DNA from: Azolla caroliniana
Taxonomy: Eukaryota > Plantae > Polypodiophyta
Length of the DNA stretch: 19,508 nucleotides
Assembly (NCBI GenBank): GCA_043228905.1
Contig: JBHGNT010000601.1
Location: forward strand, 1-19,508
Direction: 5' to 3'
Shown piece by piece: positions 9,981 through 19,508 of the stretch (position 1 is the first letter of the stretch; every line of letters starts with the position of its first letter). Under the pieces are notes generated by a model that was not told where the DNA came from, did not search any database, and saw only the letters and a list, made by a program, of their open reading frames with translations. The position numbers and the translations under genes were made by a program.

Positions 9981-11611
9981 CCATTGCATTTTTTTATCTG
10001 CTTTGAACGTCGTTAATAATAGAATTTTAATCTCTTAGTTATTGCCTTTATCATTGTCTTTGAGTCATTTAGTCTTGTAAACAAAATTGACTTTGGATTT
10101 CATGGTCTATATGCTTCTTTTGTCCACCTGAAAGTGACATGATTAGCTGAAGAGTATTCCCTTGAGTGCTGAATATGAGTGAAGATTCTTGATATTTTTG
10201 GTCATGATCATTGAGGAAGGTGCTTAATCTTTTCCAGCAATGAAATTAGGTGATATATGTGGAAATTTGTTAATATTACCTTCAATCTCCAATTGAAAAT
10301 TTAAGTGTATGTGGTGTTGGTTTCAGGCACCATTACTGAATTGGGTCTGGATTAATTGGAAAAATAAAGCTAAGCTGACATATGGTACTTGTAATAGAAA
10401 ACTAATTTTCCTGTCAATGAGAGTTTTTGGAGTTTATATATATAAACTTGGTGATTACTGTAAATGGCATGCTAGTCTCTAGGAAGCTCCAACTAATTGT
10501 GTGTTTGGGTACATAGAAAACTAATATAATCAGGCTTATGAATGTGTTTGATTGGAAAGTCATTCTTGCCACTGAGCCTGTTAGATAAAGGAGCAGGTGC
10601 TATATATTATGTGGTAAGCTGATGGCTTCAAATAAATTCTCTGGATTGTTTTTGAATGAAGAATGTGGATATGATAATGTTGTGCTATCCCATATTCTAG
10701 TTTTATCCTTTTAGGAGCTTTTCACTTATTCCTTATTGGTTTCATTAATTTTCCATAGCATCACTTGAAACCTCTACGAGATATTCCACATCATATATTT
10801 TGAACCATTTTCTTAATGTCAACTACTCTTTGTGATTCTTTTGTAGTTTACATCTAACATTGCAAGCAACGTGTGGTAAAGTATGATTCAACATATTTGT
10901 GACTTTTGTAATGTATTGATATACTTTTTGTAGCGCCAATATCTCTATAGGTCCAACACATGTTTCTAAGAGCCTAACTTGGTAGGAGGTGGTGGATTTA
11001 ACTCCAAATAGTCTTCTTAAAAACATCTTTTGAATCTTCTCAATCTAATCCCACGCATTAAGAAAGATAGTGCCTTGCCACATTTCTTCTCCATTAAGCA
11101 AAACTTGTGGTACCATGGCATTTACTAACATTAGTTTCACTTCCCATCCTTAAGTATCAGCGTTGTTGCATTAGTTTTCCAGCATATAACTTTCCCAAGC
11201 AGCTTGAAGTCTAGACTTTAGACTCAAAGCATACACTACCATTTATTTGTGGTAGCTATATTGATACTAGATACATACTGAAAGCTTTGTACAAATTGTA
11301 CATGTTCTTTCCTTATAGGTAAGCATAGGGCATTAGTGAGGCTGGAGGGTTTGAACTTTGCACTACTATCATTTTTGTTTTATCCACATTTATAGTTAGT
11401 GCACTACTTTATAGGAATCATCAATGGTTTGGTTTTGTCTTATTCGATTTGGCCTTGTCCAAACCAAACTGATTAAGCCTTAATAGTTTTGGGAGTTTTC
11501 AAACTTGAACTGAAGTAGCTCCTAAACTAGTTTAGCGAAACTGATTAAAGCTTTAACCGGTTTGGGAACCAATTTAACCCAAAGAGTTCAGTTCGGCTTG
11601 AGCCATCCCAA

Positions 11612-11974
11612 ACCGAACTCAAACCAATCAAGGAATCTCAGGCCTTAACGTAGTCGAGCCGAAGCGCCAAACTATCAAACCGTTTAAAGAAGGTTTAACG
11701 GCTTGAGTGATACCATCGACATCATATGAAAAGATAACCACGTGATCTGCATACATATATATATGATATACATATGATATATGTATGTACTATGTATAAG
11801 ACCGAACTCAAACCAATCAAGGAATCTCAGGCCTTAACGTAGTCGAGCCGAAGCGCCAAACTATCAAACCGTTTAAAGAAGGTTTAACGGCTTGAGTGAT
11901 ACCATCGGCATCATATGAAAAGATAACCACGTGATCAGCATACATATACATATGATGTATGTATGTACTATGTA
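11612..11974. repeat. 189-bp direct tandem duplication in the SNM1B/Apollo promoter; each copy has a CACGTG (G-box) motif
   Basis: ACCGAACTCAAACCAATCAAGGAATCTCAGG... at 11612 and 11801, near-identical over about 145 bp. CACGTG at 11739 and 11928. Confidence 0.93.
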
Positions 11975-12158
11975 CTATGCTAAAAGCCTTTGGCTGTAGG
12001 GGTATCATCTGTAATTTTGGAAACGGCCAGGGGCATACTCAGGAACACAGATACATATATGTCGTTTTCTTTTTCAAATTCAAAATACCAACAGAGAGAG
12101 AAAAGGATAATCAGCAGAGGCGATGCACGAACCCTAATCCGAAGCCCCCACCCCTCCC

Positions 12159-15100
12159 ATGGAAGCTGCAGACTCAGGAAGAGAAGGGAAGGCAGGTAGA
12201 GATGGAAGGTCATCAAGAGAAGTTCGAGAAGATGACCTTCTTTTCTGTGTGGACAGATGGTCTTGCAACAAGAATAACTACAAGCTCTTCTTCCTCACTC
12301 ACCTTCACTCCGATCATACGAAAGGTCTCTCTGAAAGCTGGCAGAAAGGACCGATCTACTGTTCTTCTATCACTTCTGATTTGATCCTTCTCAAATTCCC
12401 TGCTTTCGATCGATCCCTCATTCACAGTTTACCTCTTGGGATTCCCTCGCTCATCTCCATCCCGAATCATGATCATCTCCTTGAAGTTACTGCCATTGAT
12501 GCCGATCATTGTCCTGGTATGCTTTGTCTTCTTCTATTTTTAACTTTTTTCCATCCAGCTTCAATATAACTGTTTGTTTCTATCTGTCATTTCTGCTTCC
12601 CTCTCTCTGTCTTTCTTTCCCTTTAAATCTTCTTTTCTCTGTCATTTTGTACTGTTATACTGCATTTCTTCAGTAATATTTCTTTGTTCGAGAGCTGTTT
12701 ATTTTGCTATATATCTGGTTGAAGTTTGAATTCCTGAGTAGGTTTCATTTCGAGTGCCTGAATTTTACATGCTCCTCTTTTTCTAAAAAACTAGTTTTCT
12801 CCTTCAATCGTTCTTTACTATGTCTGCTATTCACTGCTGTTTGGTTGCGATTCATATGTTATTTGAGATATTTAACATAAATAAGTTTTTTCTCATTAAT
12901 TCTTCAAATCATACCTGCTTTTTTTGCTATTTGGTTGCAATTCTGGCTTTCTGACATGTTTTTTTATGATAATTTCAATCGTTAATGTGTCTACCTTTCT
13001 TTTTCTTTCTACAATTAAGGTTTCTCTCTGTCATTCTTTAATATGCCCACTTTTATCTGTCATCTGCATCTGGCATCAAACTGCTATCTTGTTTGTCTCT
13101 CTCTCTCTCTCTCTCTCTCAGGATACTGTTCCATGTTCCTTCTGTAATTTAGGCTTTTGAATCAAACGTTCTCCAATGTCTGTAATTTTCTCTATGATCT
13201 GGTTGCAATTTTCCTTTTTGGTTCCTTTCATTATGATGATTTCAAATCCTTCACGGGTCCATCACTTGCTATCTTTCTGAAACATAGTTTTGCCTTAAAA
13301 GTTCTTCAATGTCTGATTTCCTCTGTCATTTATATTGGAGGTTGACATGATACATGACTTTCCTCTAGAATGCTCATTTTTAATTTCTAAATTTAGGTGT
13401 TTCTTTGTTCATTTTTCTTCCATGCGTGTCCTTTTCTCTGTCATTTGGTTGAAATGTTGGCCTTTTGGTACATTTCATCATGGTAACTTCAAATTCATGT
13501 CGTTTTTGTGTTTTTCCTTTTGGCAATATTATTCTTTCTCCTTCAACTGGTTCATTGCAATCTATATTTGGTTAACTGGCTTTCATCTGTAATGCTCTTT
13601 TTTCTTTCCGGAATTTAGGTGTTTCTTTGTTCGTTTGTCTTCATTGTGTGGTCCTTTTCTCTGTGATTTGGTTGACATGTCAGCGTTTTGGGAAGTTTCA
13701 TCATGGTAATTTCAAGTCCATGATATTTTTATTTTATTTTTCTTTTCATAGCATTGTTCTTCGTCCTTCAATATGTCTGCTGTTTCATTGCAATCTGGAT
13801 TTGGTACATTAACTTTTTTCTACAATGTTTCATTTTTCGTTCTGAAATGGTGTTTCTTTATTCACACTTCTTCAATGTGTGCCCTTAACTCTGTTATTTG
13901 CTTGAAATGTTGGCTTTTTGGTACATTTCATCATGGTGATTTCAAATCCTTGATGTTTTTTTTTGGCAACATTGTTTGTTCTCTTTTAATATGTCCGCTG
14001 TTTCATTGCAATCTCGATTTGGTACACTGGCTTTCCTCTATAATGTTCCTTTTTCCTTTCTGAAATTTGGTGTTTCTTCTTTCATTCTTCTTCAGGGTGT
14101 CTCATTTCTGTCATTTGGTTGAAATGTCGGCATTTTGGTACATTTAATCATGGTAATTTACATTGTGCTTCTGTTATTTCCTTTCTTTTTGCAACGTGGT
14201 TCTTTCTCCTTCAATATGTCTGCTATTTCATGCAATCTGAACTTAACTTTGGTTTTCTAGTAGCTCTTATGATAATGATGATTACAAATTGTTATTGTGT
14301 TCGTTAAACACTTTCCTTTTTTTTATGAATTGTTCTTCAACATATCTGCTTTTGTCTCTCATATTTGGATTTCATCTGCCTTTCATGGTGGTGATTTCAA
14401 ATAATCGATATGTTCTTTGAAACAGTTCCCATTTTTCTTAACAGTATTTGTCTTTGCCATTTAAGTGGTTTCAAATAGGCTCCTCACATTGTGATGATTT
14501 CAAATCCGTGACATGGTCTTTGGAATATTTCCTTATCAGGTTCTGTTATGTTTATTTTCCGTGGTCCTTTTGGTTGCATTTTCCACACTGGAGATTTTCG
14601 ATGGGAATCTGGCAGCCCAAAAGTCGAGATAATGAAACATGGCATTGCTAATGCTATTTCTAGTTCCCGTGTGGATCTCCTTTGCTTGGACAACACTTTT
14701 TGCAATGCACGAATCTCTTTTCCTCCTCGCCATGTTGCTGCTCAACAGGTTTCTTCCAAATTCTGCCTTGTTCATGCATTATAGTGAATGCGTTGAAGTA
14801 TGTACCATGGAGAAAGTATGAAATGCATCTTATATTGGTCTCACTCTTTAACATAGTATCTGGATTCCGAAGTTCCATATATTTGCCTTCAAACCTTAAA
14901 AGTTATTTCTTAAGCATCTCATAATATGAGAAACAACTTGCCTCTATGAAAAGAAGGCATACACTGAATGAGGAAATCAGAAAAATTTGATAAATTTAAA
15001 TTCGAAATTAATTGCTATATGCATCATGCAATATATGTAAACCTTTGAATCAATTTATGGTTGCTGGAAAGGAGGGTAAGAAACTGATTATAATGCTCAA

Positions 15101-16390
15101 TGTGAACGAGTAGAATGATAGTGCTATTTGTCTCTCAGGAAGAAAAAATAAAATGACCCAGTTTTCAATGTGCATAAGGAGAATAATGATGCTAATTTTT
15201 GGGGACAAGAAAAGGACCCTAAATCAGGATTGATATCTTAAAAGCTTGTTTATGTTTCATGGTGTATTGAATGAAGAGGGTTGCATAGTGAGAGATTTTC
15301 TTTTCAGCAAACTTATCTGAAGCATTAATCTCTCTCATATATTGAATGAAAGGATTCAGGTGCTTGATATAATTGTCAGTCATAAAGATCATGATGTACT
15401 CCTTGGAGTAGATATGTTGGGGAAGGAGGAGCTTCTGATTTCAATATCAAATGCTTTGCAAACCAAGGTTCATATACTTGAATTTAAGATTCTTGCTAAC
15501 ATTCATATTCTCTGAACCACCAATGAATTCAAAATTTCAAAGTTTCCACTCTTGGATACTATGAGTTTTAATTGTTGGATTCACACATTCTTTTCTTCGT
15601 GAAATTACAGATTTGGGTTTGGCCTGAACGTTTGCAAACAATGAGAATGCTTGGAATTTCAGATTTTTTCACGACTGATACAACAATTACCAGGATTTGT
15701 GCAGTTCCTCGATATAGTATTTCATTGGAAACACTTCGAATGTTGAATGAAACAAAGCCTACAATAGCTATAGTTCCTAGCGGTCTCTGGAGTCTACGCA
15801 ATACTTCTACGTCAAACACATGTCTAGATGGAGATTTACATGAATGTTGTGTTTTGGAGAAAACCAAGCTTTCCACTAATCAATTTTCTAGGATGGATGG
15901 AAGTATGCTACAGAAACCATTTGTGAAGAAAAAAATATTTTTTGTCTCATATTCACTTCATAGCTGTTTCTTAGAGCTTAGAGACTTTATAGAATTTGTG
16001 AATCCTATCTCCATAAAGGGAAATACACATCTTTCTTATGTGGATATCAATCCCCAAAGTTTATATCATGCCAAAGTACAAAGCATATGCTCCCAAAGAG
16101 ATCTCGAGGTAAACAACAAACATGAGACTTTCCATCATAATGGGAATCTAGCATCCGGAAACATTGAAACAATGAGCTCGACTCTTCATTCTATTGTTCA
16201 AATGGATAAAGGAAAGGCTTCAGGTCATCTCCACATTGTTGATGGGGATAGTAACAAAAAACGAGATGGTGATTATAGAAGAAAATTGAGATCAAGGATT
16301 AGTCTTAGGAAGATTGCGTGTTTGCGATCCAAACATGCTTGGGCTATGCTCCGAAAGAGGAAAGGCGGAGGATTGTTGATAAATGACTAA
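12159..16390 (+). CDS. DCLRE1B: SNM1B/Apollo-like 5' exonuclease (DNA-repair metallo-beta-lactamase/beta-CASP family), ~484 aa. Exons 12159-12516, 14540-14748, 15360-15467, 15611-16390
   Basis: Motifs in order: VDRW, FFLTHLHSDHTKGL (HxHxDH), IYCSSIT, AIDADHCPG|SVMFIFRG, HTGDFRW, LCLDNTFC, LGVDMLGKEELL, IWVWPERLQTM, YSLHSCFLEL. All introns are GT-AG and in phase, and the C-terminus is basic. The subfamily call (SNM1B rather than SNM1A or Artemis) rests on recalled plant motifs. Start codon 12159 has an in-frame stop upstream at 12135-12137. Confidence 0.9.
13096..13119. repeat. (TC)12 microsatellite in SNM1B intron 1
   Basis: Read directly from the sequence. Confidence 0.9.
13190..14520. repeat. 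Degenerate tandem array (~220-245-bp period) in SNM1B intron 1
   Basis: A core like CATCATGGT(A/G)ATTTCAAATCC recurs at about 13229, 13476, 13699, 13929, 14146, 14384 and 14487. The middle copies share TCTGTCATTTGGTTGAAATGT..TTTTGGTACATTT. Confidence 0.85.
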
Positions 16391-16929
16391 GGAGTGATTA
16401 AAAGATCAAATGTATAACCATCCAATTCTGTTTGAGGCTATGCTATCAAATCATGATGCAAATAATTAGTTGCGTCCTCATTACACCAGTGTATTTGATG
16501 AGATTTCAATTGTTGGGTGCTGTAGTAATATTTCTTCTAAAGACCACAAAAATGTTGACTAACATGGAACCAGTGTATTACCGAGTACTTCTTGTCCTAG
16601 TGCTCTATTTCTTGCAGCATCCTAATAATTCTTGCACCTTATGGGTTGAGAGATTTCTGAAGTTCTCAACTTAAACAACATGTTTCAAGTTGTATTTGCC
16701 ATAATTCCTAGGGTCCTAAGAAATTTCCAACCTTCATAGTGAAGAGATTTGTAAGATTTCAAATTAATGACACATTGTAGGCATTGCTAAATGAGTGAAA
16801 TGCGTATTGTTATTGTAATCTAGACCTTTTTGGTGCTAAAGTTGTTAGCAACTCAAATTTTCTATACTTAACAAGGTATGTGCACCCATCAACTTGGTGA
16901 TAGAATTTTCAATTTTGTAAGGGAAACTT

Positions 16930-17494
16930 TGTTGGGAAATCGGTCTCTCTGGATGGGATCCGGTGATGAATAAAGAGGACCCGGTAAGAATCGGAAGAGA
17001 TCCAGAAATTAGAGGAGACCTGGAGAGAATTGGAAGAGAGCCGGTGAAAACTAAAAGAGAAGACATATTTGTAGATATGTTTTGAGTAACCCTATTGAGG
17101 CTATATTTATAAATAGCCCTAAGTTCATATAAGTATAAATATGACTTAAGGCAATCACTTTGTAAGGTTGTAGTTGTCATACTATTGTAATTGTTGTACA
17201 GAGAGTGACAAAGAGAGAGTGTGAGATATAGAGAGATACTCTGTTGTAACCGCTAGTTGGTGAAGATACAAAGCTCGAGGTCGTTGCCTTTGAGGCTCTG
17301 ATTGTAGCTTTCTCCCATAGTGATTGTTGGAGTTCGTGGGCTCTCGTGGTTTTTTTTCATATTTGGGTTTTCCACGTAAACATCATGTGTATTTCCTTTT
17401 TGTACTCTCCATTTCCCATTTTGGTGTTTTATTCTCATAGAAGTGATTCAAGACTTGGTTGTGGCCGAGCAATATTTTGCGCCAATCCTTGACA
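16930..17494 (+). repeat. 5' LTR of the copia element (~565 bp, TGT...ACA)
   Basis: Ends ...CCTTGACA two bases before the PBS. The start is inferred from TGTTGGGAAAT at 16930. It has a TATA-like TATAAATA at 17108 and ~21-bp U3 repeats at 16956-17057. The second LTR is outside the window, so the start is unverified. Confidence 0.75.
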
Positions 17495-17496
17495 AG

Positions 17497-17507
17497 TGGT
17501 ATCAGAG
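17497..17507 (+). promoter_or_regulatory. Primer binding site complementary to the initiator tRNA-Met 3' end
   Basis: TGGTATCAGAG directly after the LTR end and 15 nt before the gag ATG. Confidence 0.92.
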
Positions 17508-17522
17508 TGAATAAGACGAGAA

Positions 17523-19508
17523 ATGGAAGAATCGTTCTGTGGCATGTTCAAGCTCACTGGCTCCAACTACTCGGTGTGGAAGTCGAAGATGAGGGATATG
17601 TTGGTGGTCAAAGATCTTTGGTTGCCAGTTTAGTTCGGGGCCAAGAGACTAGATAAGATCAACGCCACAGTGTGGGAGGTGATGCACATGAAGACGACGA
17701 CATACATCCGGTGCTTCATCGACATGAGCTGTACAACAACTTTAATGAAGAGAGCAAGAGCAAGGCTCATGAACTCTGGGAGAAGATCGACATCATGTTC
17801 CAAAACAAGAATGTCGTTAAGCGGGTTTTAGTATTTCGGAAGCTAGTGAGGCTTCGGTACCAGGACGACTCTAGTATGGCGGAGCACATGAATGCCTTCC
17901 AAGGGCTGATACATCAAGCAACCTCGTTGGAAGTACCTCTCGTCGATGAGGTACTAGCATTGCTCCTACTCGGTTCCCTCTCGGATAACTGGGAGACGTT
18001 AGTTGTCACGTTGGGCAACGCCGGGCCGAAAGGAAAACAATTGTCCCTAGCAAGGGTAAAATCAAGCTTGCTAGATGAAGAAGCTCACCGAAAGGATCGG
18101 GAGTCCGCAACCGATCCGAAGGCCTTGGTCACAGAAGATGACCACAACCGGGGAAGAGGCCGGTATTGGAGTCCCCAAAACCGGGACAAATCGGGGATGA
18201 GGTCGAAGTCAAGGGGAAGGCCCACGTGCTTCTATTGTGGGAAGCCGGGACACCTCCAGAAGAACAACCGACATTTCCGGAAGGAGAAGGAAACCAACAC
18301 TACCGGTTCGAAGAAGAGTTCGGACTAGAGAGGCTGGATCAAAAAAGAACGTCGGCGATTGCGACAAGTGAAGAAGAATTGATGCTCATTACCAAAGAGA
18401 ATGAGTTAAACCTTGTCGGCGACGAGACAACATGGGTTGTCGATTCTGGAGTGTCGTTCCACCTGACACCGGATCGGAAATGCTTCTCATCCTACACAAC
18501 CGGTGATCGTGGTTGTGTCCGGATGGGGAATGAAGGCACATGCCGAATTATCGGCATAGGAGATGTGTTGTTGACGACATCAACCGGATGCAAATTGCTG
18601 CTGAAGGATGTCCGACATGTTCCAGAGGTTCTATTGAACCTGATATCAGTCAGTTGACTAGATGATGAAGGCTACACGTGTAGCATCCGGAACGATGTTA
18701 TGAAATTCAGCAAGGGAAGCTTGATAGTGGCTCGAGCCTGGAAGATCAACACATTGTACTTGATGAATGCCCGGATATGCCAGGAAGAAGTGAACGTAGC
18801 ATCCGACACTACCGGTGAGATGTGGCACAAAAAACTGTGTCACATGAGTGAGAAGGGGATGAAGAGGCTTGCCGAAGACAACCTCATTCCGGTGAAGGAT
18901 GTGTAACATGAGAAGTGCACCAATTGCTTGGCTGGCAAGCAAAAATGAACCTCCTTTCGATCAAGACCACCGATGAGACAGAATGCACCACTGGAACTGG
19001 TGCATACCGATGTGTGTCAAGTGGACTAGAAGTCACATGCCGGATCGTAGTACTTCGTGACGTTCATAGATGACCAAAGTTGGAAGTTCATAGATGACGT
19101 TCATAGATGGTCGGGTCTCACCATTGAAGACGAAGGATCATGCGATATCCGTCTTCAAGGAGGTCCACGTGAGAGTGGAAAGAGAAATCGACCAGAATCT
19201 GAAGGCGGTTCGAGCAGATAACGGAGCATGCTAGCACATGCAAAGATACCCAAGACATTTTGGGCTAAGGCGTTGACGACGACGACCTATGTGATAAATA
19301 GATTGCCCTCGGCACCCTTGGAAGGAGACTCACCTTAGAAAGTATGGACCGGTAAAGATGTATCTTATCGGCATCTGAAGGTGTTTGGGTGTCTCGCATA
19401 TGTGCAAGTTGCAAAGGACAAGAGAGCAAAGCTGGATCCGAAGTCCAGGCCATGCATATTCCTTGGATACGGTGATGATGAGTTCGGTTATCGGGTGTGG
19501 GATCTGGT
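17523..19508 (+). pseudogene. Disrupted copia gag-pol polyprotein (gag, protease, integrase)
   Basis: ATG at 17523. In-frame stops at 17631, 18326, 18655, 18904, 18946, 19027, 19048 and 19336. Frameshifts near 17728, ~18330 and ~19090-19115, and a deletion in the integrase core near 19224. Confidence 0.92.

Larger units (their letters stand above)
16930..19508 (+). mobile_element. Ty1/copia LTR retrotransposon, decayed, truncated by the window edge
   Basis: 5' LTR, then PBS, then gag (KLTGSNYSVWK, ELWEKI, LLLLGSL), zinc knuckle CFYCGKPGH, protease WVVDSGVSFH, GAG-pre-integrase WHKKLCHMS, integrase LELVHTDV...YFVTFIDD...VRADNG and SH3-like HLKVFGC...KLDPKSRPCIFLGY...GYRVWD. Integrase directly after protease is the copia domain order. 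Confidence 0.95.

Noticed and set aside
12924-14307. Series of F/C-rich ORFs with recurring FHHG(N/D)FK
   Set aside because: Translations of the T-rich intronic tandem array, with no consistent frame or splice structure.
819-16390. Idea that the three genes form a functional cluster or new system
   Set aside because: The predicted functions look unrelated (DUF1997, small membrane protein, nuclear DNA-repair nuclease). Adjacency in a plant genome is not evidence without conserved synteny or co-expression data.
16432-16674. ORF downstream of the SNM1B stop as a possible extra exon or gene
   Set aside because: Non-ATG start, no recognisable motif and composition typical of a 3' UTR.
16845-17180. 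Minus-strand 111-aa ORF with 7-residue periodicity (TGSLPIL)
   Set aside because: Antisense translation of the 21-bp U3 repeats in the LTR; it also crosses the LTR boundary.

Overview
AT-rich eukaryotic (land-plant) nuclear DNA with three spliced protein-coding genes and several transposon-derived pieces. (1) A minus-strand DUF1997-family gene: probable ATG at 4128, exons 4075-4128, 1533-1603, 1203-1439 and 819-927, with the 3' exons apparently beyond the left edge. (2) A divergently oriented three-exon gene for a ~100-aa conserved plant protein (8364-9980), with a hAT-type MITE (7640-8133) and a perfect 19-bp hairpin just upstream. (3) A four-exon SNM1B/Apollo-like metallo-beta-lactamase/beta-CASP nuclease gene (12159-16390), whose promoter carries a 189-bp tandem duplication. 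The right end holds a decayed Ty1/copia LTR retrotransposon (5' LTR 16930-17494, tRNA-Met PBS, gag-protease-integrase with stops, frameshifts and an integrase deletion) that runs off the window. All three first introns contain local tandem-repeat arrays. I see no convincing novel multi-gene system. The best leads are the small conserved protein, a tandem array of 5' splice donors, and a shared AACCG/CTCAAGCC motif family upstream of two genes. All calls come from reading the sequence by eye and from recalled family motifs, not from database searches.
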